NCBI GenBank assembly: GCA_013265495.1
Contig: MU058844.1
Span: forward strand, 11,802,184-11,866,183
Length of the DNA stretch: 64,000 nt
Direction: 5' to 3'
DNA from: Vicugna vicugna
Lineage: Eukaryota
Shown in pieces: positions 12,961 through 25,425 of this stretch. The position numbers were made by a program, and so were the translations under genes. Under the pieces are notes generated by a model that had not been told where the DNA came from, searched no databases, and saw only the letters and a program-made list of their open reading frames with translations. Positions within the stretch are counted from its first letter, which is position 1. Each line of letters begins with the position of its first letter.

Positions 12961-15938
12961 GGTGCTTAACAGGTGAGCAGAGACTCCACTGGAATACAGT
13001 TCTGCATCAAAGCTTTATAAATGCTCACTATGTAGACTGACATTTGTGAGCAAGTTCCTCCCCTCTGTTGCACCAGGAAAATTTTTGCAGTGAACATATA
13101 CCAGTATACATGTGATACTTTTAAAGGTAGTTAAAATAAGAATTACTCGCTATGAAAAAAAAGCCATGTCGTAACGAGGCATGCTTAAACAAATTCCACT
13201 ATTACACTTACATACATCTGCAAACCACTGAGCCCTACTTCTGAGAAGGTGAGGGACTGATAAGGACAGGGAAAGCATAACTTGGTGGAACCCAGTAAAA
13301 GACTGAAAATACTAAGAAAAAGAAGATATAAACAAGGAGTGCATGAACAAGCTACAGCAGGATGAAAGTGAAAATCAAGTGAGACAAGCTCTAATCACAG
13401 CATTTAAATGAATCTATGTATTTAAGTATTTTCTAAGATGTACCAAAAATGTGCATCAGTCCTACCCCCATTTATATTATAATATCTGCCACAAGAGGCA
13501 TATTTTTACAGTTACAGATACATTGAAATATATATGTTTGAGAATTTGGGGATCTTTTACTAGTCACTTGATTGCCCTGAATGACTCCCTTATGATTTTT
13601 GTTTCCTGTCCGTGTCTTCTGATTTAATAGCCCTATTATTATAAACAAACGAACAGAAACACATTGAATTGTGAGAAAACTTTAATCGTTTTAGTCTTAG
13701 CTCTAAATTTCCCTACTTTCAAAGGTCTGTCATATACTCATTGTAGCCTTAAAACATGACTCTCCGGTTAGAGAAATTTATTTCCCTATGTAGTCCATTC
13801 TAACTTTTTCATCCAAAAAAGATAATTTAAGACTATAGGAACATTGCTAACTAAATAAATCCCTTACACACTTATGACAGCGGGGAATGCAAACATGGCA
13901 AAAAGAAAACTGAAGACTTAGACATGTCATGATCCAAACTAACAGATTTTTAAAGTATCTTGCTAAAACAATCATTAGAGTAACTTATGCTATTACTTAT
14001 TTGAGAAAAAAATAGTTAAAATACTTAATTATAAAGACTTCAAAAAGTTGTCTACCAAATAGTGACTATAAATTAGGGAATATGAAGTGATAAAAAAAAA
14101 ATAGCTGGGTGGTTTGTAAAAATTTAACCGGAAGTCATACTGTCTTCCCAACGTCTCTCCTGACATCTGCTAAAGAGAACTGAGCTTCATGACTTTAAAT
14201 ATAGATGATTCAGTTTAACAATCCTTAGATAAATAAGTTGAAAGTTAACTTTGTCAAACAAGCGTGTATTCTGATCTACCTTCTTTAGCAGAATTGTTAT
14301 TTGTTTACACTCTGCACTTCTTTCCCCCAGTATTTGGACAGTTGGCACTCCAGCCCTTCCATTTTAAATAGAAACCTGTCCTATTTGGTGTGAGCAGCTG
14401 CAAATGATTTAACAAAGATTTTCAAGATGTCAGTTCCTTAAGAATATGCATACAGTTCATCAAGTCACTGGCACAAAGTTTTCATTAACCAAGAAGAAAG
14501 GGAGCTCAGAATGGTAACATGCAGTGTTTAATATGATAGAAATAAAGAAATGGAATACTTTAGCCCTGTTTTTTTTTTCTTTCTTTCTTTTTTTAAGATG
14601 AGAGAAAAAGGAAGGTGAAGGTTTCATGACCTTCGAAATTGAGTGTGACAGTATCCTCCTTCATCCTGTCCCCATTCAATTCCTAAAATAAATAGCTGCT
14701 TCATCCAAGAAAGTCCTGCCTGATTCATATGGAAACATTAGATAAGGCATCGTTTACTCAAAATAATGTTTTTTAAAAAGGTCACATATCACCACCAATG
14801 AAACCATACTTTCCCTGTGGGCTTTCATTTATTTGATGGATTCAAACAAAAGGAGAATAATGATGCTGTCTTTTTAAAATAATTTTTTTTTTGTTATCAT
14901 TTGGTTGGTACCCTCATTGGACCTTGCTAGGAAGGATTACAGGAAGGATTATGAATTTAATACATTTTCATGTTTGGTTCCATCTCAAAACAGAAAATCA
15001 AGCCAAAGTAAACACTCAAATTATTCAACAGATTCCCCAGGCTGGCCAGAGCGAATTCAGCATCATTTTCCATTGATTCGCCAACTTTCTGTTCACCTCC
15101 CCCCAAAACCCTTTGGCATTACAAAACTGGAAACAAATTCATCTTGCTGACAAGCAGAAATGATTCAAAGAAGGCAAGAAACCTCATTATCTTTATCATT
15201 AAACTTTAGGTAATTAAAATGTCACATCAAATTTTCCTTTGTTCAAAAGGCTCTTTGGGGACAACTGATGAACTGCTCTTTTCTATACACTTAACTTGAA
15301 AGCATTTAAAAAACATTATTTTAATGATACAAAAAAGAAAATTAATAGACTGTTACTTTATTCAGTCCTCCTCCATAGACCCATGAAAAGAAACATAATT
15401 CATTTTAATGTGTATCCCACATCTGGAGAAACCTCAGAAGAGCTGTATTTGCCTATTATTTAAAACAACAATCATCAGAACATTATCCACTGGAAAAATT
15501 AGAAAACATTTCAGAAATGAGACAGCAAAAATGTACCTTTTTTGTGTATGGAATTCCTTCTTGACCTTTGACTGTATATTTTAAATTACTCTTTGACCAA
15601 CAATTTGTATCAATTAATAAAAAATGACTGAAATCCTACATAATGTTTATTCACATTGATATTAGCCTTGGAAAGGAGTGACTATTTTTCTAATGGCTCA
15701 AAATAATAAACTTCATTTGTAGAATAATGGAGTTTAAACATAGTATGTCATAGAATATAGACTAACAAACATACTTCAGGAAAATTATTTAAGATTTCAG
15801 AAGTTTTATTGTCTCTTCTAAGATTTCTGGATTTTTTTTTTTCCCCATAATTTAACCCCTCCCCAATCTCAACAATTTAAAGCCAAACTGGCTTCCATGA
15901 TATCTGGCCAGAGGTACTAGAAAATCCAACTTAGGCAT

Positions 15939-16434
15939 TGTGAACAAAAATACTGCAAACCATATCAGTGAACAAAGAATGCTGAAGCCATCAAGTCATC
16001 AGTGGCTGTCCCCACCCCTCAGTGAAGACAAGCCTGCAGCCCAGCCTCTACAGCCACTCACAGTGGTGCCCTCTGAGGGTGCTCAGAATAAGAAAGGACA
16101 GGACACTGGCCCTAGATAGCTAGGTGCTTGTCAAAGGAATGAATTCAGTGAGCCCAAATGTTTGCTTCCTCCCATACATAGAAAACCATTAAATTCTTTA
16201 ACTTGAGATGCCTGGTTTTCTTTAGTTAACAAGTAATCTTTACTGTTCCAACTACCTGGTCTTTGTTGTAAAACTCCTATATATCGTAGCTCCTCCGCTA
16301 CCTCTTCGGAGCAGTCCCTCAGAGCGATCTGAGAGGCTGTAACCCCGGGCTTGAAGGGGTTCGAGTCCTCAAAAATGTCTGCTAAATAAAACATAACTCT
16401 CAACTTTTAGGTTGTGCATTTATTTCAGTCGACA
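15939..16434 (+). mobile_element. Intact ERV1-class solo LTR (496 bp)
   Basis: TGT...ACA termini, perfect 4-bp TSD GCAT (15935-15938 and 16435-16438), TATA-like cctatatat (about 16276), AATAAA (about 16385), and a body (ctcttcggagcagtccctcagagcgatctgagaggctg) resembling cetartiodactyl ERV1 LTRs. Confidence 0.9.
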
Positions 16435-17689
16435 GCATCCTATTGCTTATGTAGCAGGTTGTAAATATCCGGGGGGTTCAGGGGATCATATTTCATTTGT
16501 TATTGAACTATCTGCTTTTTATCAGGATACAATATGAAGTCCACTTGCAATGTTGAAGCATTTCTTAATGAGCTCTTAAGAGGACATACAAGCTAGTTTC
16601 ATTAGACCATCACTCCAGATTTCTTAGCATTTGACCAGAATGTAAATGCTATGACTTGAACCCATTAAATGTTGTCCCCTCTAATCATGACCGATACTAT
16701 ATGATTACAAAACTGGACAAAAAGTCACAAAACTTATTGTTGGTCTTAGTTAAGTAAAAAAGTTTCATGCAGATGAATGCATATAATCATCCACACAAAA
16801 TGACAGGAAAAAAAAAAGAGAAATAAAGTTTGAGTTCCTATTTTTTAAGCCAAGAAATATTTAAATCAATCATGACCCTGTAAATACCACAGGGCTATAT
16901 GATTTTGCAATCACTTGCTAATTTTATTTCTACTACATAAGAGACAACCATGGTTATAGCACATCAATGCCTAGAAACAAATGTCTCTGTGATCAGGAAA
17001 AGAATGAGTGGGATTGACCAATGCTCTGCTTTCAAATGTGACTTCGTCATTTCTTCACAAACATACATCAAATAAATATTGTACCATATAGCCAAGTCAT
17101 TCGGACCAAAATGATCACATCTATCCATTCTTTAAAGAAAAGTTTTGATCCTCAAGCCCTTTATTTCCCTTTTACAGGCCAATTAAAGCAACATGACAGA
17201 ATTACTGAAATGCTAAGTTCATTGCCATTCATATTTGAAATCCCTATGGAGCTCTATTTACAATTTTAAACATGACTTTAGGCACTCACATCTGCACCTC
17301 ATATTTTGACAGTAAAAACTAACTTCATTCCATTTAAATGTCAAATACAGACTTGGGAGTGCTGTATTTTATTCAGATAAAATGATGCCAATTATTCCAA
17401 ACCCAAAGTAACAATGCTTTATCGAATAATCACAATGTATGCCCGATACCCAGAAAATATTACCAAAAGAGAAATATTGTCTAGCAACCTGAAAAATAAA
17501 CATAAGTGTTTTTTTGGTTGCTGTTTTGTTTTGAATACTCATGATTGTTTGCTGTCATGTAGTACTATTTTGGAAATGGCTATTTCTAATTCAGGGATGA
17601 AAAGGATTTATCAATTATTTTTTATACCTCAGCAACATTTTAATATTCTTTGCTTTTAAATAATGTGCATAATAGAAGTTTAAATACAA

Positions 17690-18200
17690 AGTGTATATCT
17701 ATGTGTGTCTGTATGTTTCTATGTATAATTTTATATACATAAGTGCATATATACTTATTTGTACATATGTGTTATATGTATATATGTGTAGAATTATGTT
17801 TTATCTACATATAAATTATGAATATATTATAAACATAAGGATATAAACATAGATATAATATACTATATAATAGTTTATTATATTGTTATACATATCTAAA
17901 GTAAGACCATTACTACCCTTGAGCTCCAAGCTTCTCAGTTTCCCTTCCCTCCCTGGAGGCAATCATTATTACTATTTTCTTATGTATTCTTCCAGAGCTG
18001 ATATGCTCATAAAAATACACATGTATATATACATGTATTTTGTATATTTGATTACAAAAATGGAAGCATCCTACTCACTATGTTCTGCACTCTACCTTTT
18101 CCACTTAACGTATCTTGAGTCTAATTCATTATGAGTACATGTAGATCAACCACATTTTTTTAATAAACAGGGAAATATTTTCAATGTGCTTCACTTGTTA
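17690..18200 (-). mobile_element. TA-rich low-complexity tract followed by an old L1ME-like fragment
   Basis: Degenerate (TA/TG)n at 17690-17895, then tcccctggaggcaatcatt...tgttctgcactctaccttttccacttaac typical of old L1 3' UTR in reverse. Confidence 0.5.
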
Positions 18201-20584
18201 GTAGAAGTTGATTTGACTTATGATGAAATAGAATTAAGCATAAAAATAAAGAAAAAGGCGACAGTGTGAGCAAGAGAAGGAAAAGGGAAATACAAGAATG
18301 ATGAGGCATGTCAGAGTTCAAATTCAGGGCGAAGTTACCATTTAATATATTTTCTTGAATATCAGAGAGATACAGCAAAAGAGGTTATCAATTTTGTCTT
18401 TGTGATCACCCAAAAATGTTCTTCCAAGAGAGCCCCATCTGATTTTCCTTAAGTCTGAAAAATTACTAACTCTGTCATAAACCTTTGCCCTGGGGGCCAA
18501 AAGACATATCTCAAGGAACTATATATTTCTCTTAGACAAAACTGAATGATTTGAACACTGGAGTTATATAGTAAATTGTTTCTGAGACATATGTGCAATA
18601 ATATTTTCCAGGGTCTTAACAATATAATTTCTAGTGTTGCAACTTGGGAACATAACTGTATTCCAAGGAAAGGTTATGTGTATAATAAGATATGCTAAGA
18701 GTGTTATGAATTTAAAAAAAATCAGCTAAACTGAAATTTGATTCTCCTCTCTAAAAGACTTAAGAGAGTTCTCAACCAGTTGTGAAGATTTTTACTTCTC
18801 ATGCTTGGATGGGGTGACTGAAACCATTGTATTGTGAAAGGTGCACACTTACTCATCTAAAACTAGAGTAAAGAGCTACACTTTCTATAGTTGTTACAAA
18901 AAAACACTAGAAGAAATACCTGCCAACTTGTAACGCTGCTCAATCAGCACAAAAGTTTGATGATCCTAGATTGGGGTAAAGAAGTCTGCATCTCTCTCAG
19001 CAGGAAACCATAACAGAATTATTCAGGCCAACTCCTCTGCTAACCACAGCACATGCAGTTGTACACTTAATGCGATTTTGTAAGATTTCGTTTGGATTGG
19101 TTTGGGTTTGGGTAGAGCGGCTATTGTTACATGGATAAGCAGGCTTATGTAGCAGGGTTTTCCTCTTAAATATTTTCCTGGGGTTCAACGTGAGCAAACT
19201 TTTGATTTGTGAGCTTTTGCTTTCCCTGAAGAAAAGTGGTCAGACTGAAATGAAAGTAAAGAGGCTCCCCTAGTTCTGGAAGCAGAATTCCCACAGTGTG
19301 AAAAACCACAATGAGATAGTGGTAATAAAATATGGCTGTGAGTTCCCAATCTGTCTTCAACAGAGCTGCTTTCTCACCAATTCTCCTGGTAAATCAATTG
19401 TGTATGTAAACAGCTGGTGTCTCAGATATTAACTTGCACATGGTGGCCGTGCACATGATGCTTCTGAGAACCTGAGGTATGGCTGAACCTATGGAAATCT
19501 TAATTAACAACACAGTCCTCCCAAAACATTTCCTGGAACATATGTATTTTGAGTCAAATTCTTCATCCACATGGAACCCAATCCCCCCTAAACCCCCTGC
19601 CTCCCATTTTCATTTTCTTTTCATGTTTTCCACCTCCCATGAATAGTGAATTTTTCAAGCCATACTCCAGAGCTTAAAATACTGCCATGTGCTTTACAAT
19701 GTGAATGATGGATAACTTTTTGAAAAATTATAACCTATTGTGTTTTATTTCAGAAGCCACTGCCAAAAGTAAAACTCACAGGCCAGATTCCTAACTCCCT
19801 TGGAACTCTCCTATAGAAGTGACCCCTTGAAATTACTAAACCCATGAAATAAATATGGATTGTATTTTGTCTCAAATGCAAAATGTATTTTTCTTCTTGG
19901 CAAAATGCATAGATAACATTTGGTACCTAATGTGAATTTGTTCACCCATGTAGTCTCTGTCATTACAAAGATACTAAAAAATAAAAATTAAAAAAAGCAA
20001 ACAAAACAACAATAACAAAACATCTACTTTGTGTCATAAAAACATAACCAACTCCATGGCATTGTAAATATAAGACTTCATGGTGGGGCTCATTTTCCAT
20101 CTAAATAGTACATCTTCAAAATACACATTTGTATTATCCCCAGTTTTTAGACATGGTTTTATATCTAAGTATTTAATTACATTCTTTGCAAGAACACTTA
20201 AATATGATTAGCTACTTTAAGGAAAAGATTATTCAAGACAGACTTTTTCCAAAACCTTGTTTTGTTTTGTTTCTTCTTATCTTTCAAAAAATTCAAGAAA
20301 TGTCATATAAAATTAAAGATAATGGTTTAAAATTCAGACAAAAGGAACCATTAGAAATCAAAATTATTTCATTTTAAATCCATCATTACAAGAATTGCTG
20401 AATATCTGAAGATAATAGAATTGATTATATTTTGATTTTAGTTGCTGAATTAATGAGACTTATAATATTTTTGAAAAATTTTTGTTGCAAATTTCCTATT
20501 CCATGCAACCATCATTACTGAAAAAAAATTTGCACAATTATCATATGGTCAAAGAAAACTGAAACAAAATCTTAGAGTATATAA

Positions 20585-20820
20585 TAATAGTTCTTATTTA
20601 TTAAAGGCTTAATTTATTCCAGGTACTGTAAAAAGATATCTAACCCTTACAAAAACTCCAGGAAGGTCACATTACGATCTCCATTTTAGAAAAAAAAAAA
20701 AAAAAAACGAAAACCATGGAACACAGACAGGTTAAATGATATATTCAAGAATACTCTCTTTATAAGTGGCAGAGCTGGAATTTGTATGTAAAACTGTCTG
20801 GTTCCAACCTCCATGCATGA
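20585..20820 (-). mobile_element. MIR SINE interrupted by a poly(A) run
   Basis: cttatttattaaaggc...ctccattttaga(A)n...ggttaaatga...agtggcagagctggaattt. Confidence 0.7.
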
Positions 20821-21947
20821 ATTCCTCCCCAAATTTATCAGAAACATGTAGGTTTGAATTTCCCTTAATTAGTATCTCATTTTTCAGATTATGAAAATGG
20901 ATGCATTTGTTGAAAATAAAAGTTAAAGATGTATTCAGTGCAAAGCCAGAAAATAGTTTTAAATATCTGATAAAGCTAATTGAACTCTAAAGAATCAGAA
21001 TTCAATCATTCTTATCCTTCATTGTCCAAAGTAAGTATAAAAATGTAAATCCACTTTAAGATCTGTACAATCTTATTTTCAGGAACTATCATTTCTTATT
21101 TTCAACTCAAACTATTCAAATTTTAAACTGCGTAATTCCATAATGTCTGGGGAATATTTTTTACAAAGCCACTCCCTGATGTTCAAATATTTAATGTTAT
21201 TTAGAAAAGAGAACAGATAATTAACTCTATTTTTCCTCTTTTCAACTTTATATTTTAATGTTATATATCCCCCTAAATTATAAAATAATAGTAAAGATTT
21301 TATTTTTTTTAATTATATCAATTCAAAACTCTGTGATATTCTTTCCACTACAAAATTTTCCAAGAGAATATTTTTCAATTATTTTGGAGCTAAAAACCTT
21401 AATTAAGAGATTGAGTTTAACCAATTCAGTCTTAATTGAAATAAATCTAGATTTCCAATGAGTATCTTTATACTTGAGAATAAAACAAATTTTGGGTGGG
21501 CCTTCTGAGTGACAACGTTGCCCTTAGGGCTCAGAAAATGCCAACAGCCAGCTTTCATAACTTCTGAGCAATTTATCAATATTTTCTCTTAATCTCACCC
21601 TGTCATTATCATTTCATAAACTAGTATTTATACTCAGACTTAAAAGCTACCAGTAACAAGAACAAATAATGCTCTAGTGAATAGAATTGCAAGATCTGCA
21701 AGCCCTATTTTTTCCTAACAGAGAACAGGACGGACTTAAAACATCCTAATGTATATCCACTGGTAAAAAGAATTATAAAGCATCCCTTCGCAATCCATGT
21801 CATATGTGCAGGATAAAATAAATTTCTGGAAAATTACATTAATGTGAAAATATTAATATTCCAAAAAGTATAGGAAAAAGAAATGTTAATAGTAAAACTT
21901 ACATGGAAATAAACTTTATAATATGATGATGATAATCCAGTGCACAT

Positions 21948-22385
21948 CAGTATCACTTCACATGTGCTATAAAATAATTGCCCAAAATTTAGTGAATTAA
22001 CTCAACAACCATTTTTTAACTCATGATACTGTAGGCTGTAGGCAGTTCCTTCGTTTGATTTTGGCCAGTCTCACTCAGGTATCTGCAGTGAGCTGGTACT
22101 TGATGACTCATTCACATGTTTGGCATTAGGGAGCTGTTGGCTGGGGACCTGGGTCATATGCTATTCAATATCCACTGGGCTAGCCCAGGCTTACTCACCT
22201 AGGATTCCCAAGAGCAGCAAGTGGGAAAACTACTAGACTCAGCTTTCTTACAGTGTCTCTTTAACTATATCCTACTGCTAGAAGTAAATTTCAAGGCCAG
22301 CCCAGATTCGAAACGGGGGTAAACAGAGTCCCACATCCCACTTTGTGATGAGAGGAGCTACAACAACATGTGGAATTTTTACAGT
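21948..22385 (-). mobile_element. MLT1 (ERVL-MaLR) LTR
   Basis: cccaaaatttagtgaatt...aactcatgatactgtagg...aaggccagcccagattcgaa motifs of MLT1 in reverse. Confidence 0.75.
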
Positions 22386-24187
22386 ATATCAGGAAGTCAT
22401 TAGGCAAAGACCTTATGAGAAATGTGAAAAACAATGTAATGCCCCTTAGGGATAGCATAGATTCACTAAGAATAGATTCTATCAAATAACCTTCTTTCAT
22501 TTTGTGACAGAGTTACTAAGCTGGCAATCAAGGGAATAACAAAGACATAGATATTTTAATTTTAGCAGATTTTTGATAATGATTTTACTACTTCTAGCAA
22601 AAAAAAAAAACCCTGAAATTCAGGCTATACAATAGAACAGTTGGATAATTTCACAAAAATTTAGATAAATACAATTAAAGAATGATGATTAACATACTAT
22701 TACCTACTGAATATTTTTAGAGAACACCCCAAAGGATGTACTTATCAGTATTTGTAAGTAATAGATTCCTAGACTTAAAAGATTCTGGTGGTATTCCTTT
22801 CAATTTAAAGATTAAGAAAAGATAGCAGGAATAACTAACATGACTGGTGAGAAAATCGGAAATTAGCACAGCTGGGTTTAAAACTACACGTTATTATCCA
22901 AACACATATATAGAGACACACAGACACATAATTGGGTTACAACCATCATACAACTTTATATCTTAATCTTTTCACTTACCTTTATATAAAAAAAATATGG
23001 CCCTACATGATGATATATTCTTGGAAAACAGAGTTTATAATGACAAGCAATTTTGTTGTGTATCCATAAATTAACTGAAAATGTCAGAGGACACTTGAGT
23101 CAAAAATAATCACAAGAATAAGATCTATGGGATTTATTCAGATTTATTCAAATTCAAGACTAGTCGTTTAGTATTTGCAAATAATATGAGCACTGCCGAA
23201 AGGACAATAAAGCTGGTTTAGGCTGAAACAGCAGAAACGGGCTGCCTTCCAGTTGTAGGAACTAATGAAACCCAGTCTGTTTGCTGGTAATACATCATGA
23301 ACTACTGTTTTCTGTTAATTTTTCAATGTAAAGATGTCAGTAACTAATTAGGCCATATCTAAAGAAGAAGAGCCAGGGCGTAAAAGAGTCCAGAACCCAT
23401 ATGACGTGTGGAATAGTTGAAGGCTTCTGCTCAGAAGGGAGGACGATAAGGTGAAATATTTTAATTTTTCTTCCACCTCACAAGACTATGAGCTCTCATG
23501 CCTTTTAATATGCCGGCTTCCCAAAGCCAGCTCTGAGATGCTCAGGGCTTTTATTCATCTCCGTGTCCCTGAAACCTAATCAAGTCTGGGATGTGACAGG
23601 ACTCATATGATGCCTGCTGAATAAATAAGTGAATAAAAGGATACATTAATAAACTAGAATCAGGAAACAGAAGTTCCAGAGAGGCCCTTTTACCTCAGTA
23701 TAAGAAAACAGGTAGATATTGTGAGACCCTAACGCCTGGTCATTAGAAGGATCCTGTCAAACTAACAAACATGTTAACGTAGAAGGAGCCTGACATTAAA
23801 ATGAGAATTTCACTGTCTTACTTCATGTAAAATAAAGTTGACATTAATTTTTTAAAATAGAAATAAGATTATCTCTATTTTATACAATGAGTAATTCTGC
23901 ATGTTTTAGCATAAGAATATATACGTGTATGTGTGTATATTGAAGAGTAGCTATCAGATATATTACATATATTTGATTTTATATCTCCAATAGTGTTTTT
24001 CATTAATAACTACTATTAGTAGTCTTTTATGAAGTATATAATGGACATTGAGTCCAGAATTAGAATATGTTTTCAACATTCTAGAAAAAAAAATGGTATG
24101 GTGTGAATTTCACCAAATCATAATATATATTCATTGTATTTATGTAGGAGGGGGTATATTTTCGAGATATTAAAATAGCATACTTTT

Positions 24188-24285
24188 ATGAAAAAGAATC
24201 TGAAAAGAAAAAAGTATCTATATGTATGTATATGTTAACTGAATCGCTTTGCTGTACACCTGAAACTAACACTGTAAATGACAAA
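24188..24285 (+). mobile_element. Short LINE-1 3' end (artiodactyl type)
   Basis: gaaaaagaatctgaaaag...aactgaatcgctttgctgtacacctgaaactaacac. Confidence 0.8.
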
Positions 24286-24389
24286 ACAGCCTCGAAAGTT
24301 AGGATTCATTGAATGAGGAAGTATTATCCAGATTGCAAAAACCTCCTTTCACCTACCAAAATGAAAGCTCTTGAGAACCAGAACACAGA

Positions 24390-25425
24390 GTTGTAGTATA
24401 AAACATAATGCACAGGATGCGGGAGATTTTTTCAGAGAGGCTAAACGTGATGGTGAGAATTTTAAAAAGTTCAAATAGCAGGAAAGAAGCAAGGATATTC
24501 AGAAGGGGTATGTCTAAAGAAAGACACCAGTAGGATTAGGATTCGAGCTAGAATCTTGTAGCTTGGGGGGTAGTCCCAGGATGGACTGTTGGATAAGAAA
24601 AATACCCAGACAGGCTGAAGATCATGGTGACAGCTAGAGGACTTGTGACCCACTTCCCATTTGGTAGCTGGCAGGGCTAAAACGCAGGGTGCCCCTTGCC
24701 AATATTGACAGCCCCAGTAGAGGGGAAATGGCAGCTGGACAGGGTTAGGCAGATAGGGCTAGAGATAGCATTCCTGATATGTGTGAATCCAGAGTTTCTG
24801 TGTATCCCACTGGGGGTATGCAAAAGGGCGGAGAGGACTAGTGTACCCAAAGAGAGCTGGCATTAGGTCGAGGCAGATGCAGAAATGAGGCAATGGTTAC
24901 CAGCAGCTGGTGTCCACATAGGACCTAACGCCCAAATCTTAGCAGAAAGTGGCATTGCATGCCCAGGGACCAAGCTGTATGAGGCTATTGCCGCACAGAA
25001 CAGCAAGGATTCCAATGGTTGCAAGCAACCAAGAGAGTCATTCTCACTCCATCTGCTGGTATCTTGAATACACACCAAGCTTCCCTAAACACACTGTGTC
25101 CATCTAGCAAATGATGGCATTCTGTAAATGAGAAAAGAGGAGAGAAACCTCATGGAGGAAGGAAAACAGCACTGACAAAAAGTCTGACCCTCAAATTACT
25201 AAATATTTATTCTAATGGAGGCTTGCCTAAATGAACAAATAAGGAGGAGTCTAATTTAGGTTTCTCCCATCCTTACCAATCTCCTTTTCTACCACCATCA
25301 GCAGAAATGGAGATTTGAGAGCAAGAAGAGGTATGTTACAGAAAATACTGAATTATATTATCTTATCCACTAGACAAGTCGTGTATCTTAAAGCCCTTTA
25401 AGTCAAACGTATATATTACAATGCA
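24390..25425 (+). mobile_element. Possible ancient LTR (LTR78/LTR79-like)
   Basis: About 1 kb purine/G-rich block starting tgtagtataaa and ending ...atattaca. Family call from loose recall only. Confidence 0.35.

Noticed and set aside
9474..12991. Shared word ggtgagcag(ag)actccactg at about 9474 and about 12972
   Set aside because: Only about 18 bp with an indel and unrelated flanks; compatible with chance.
22400..23420. Possible L3/CR1 fragments
   Set aside because: Only faint resemblance; could not be delimited or supported without an alignment.
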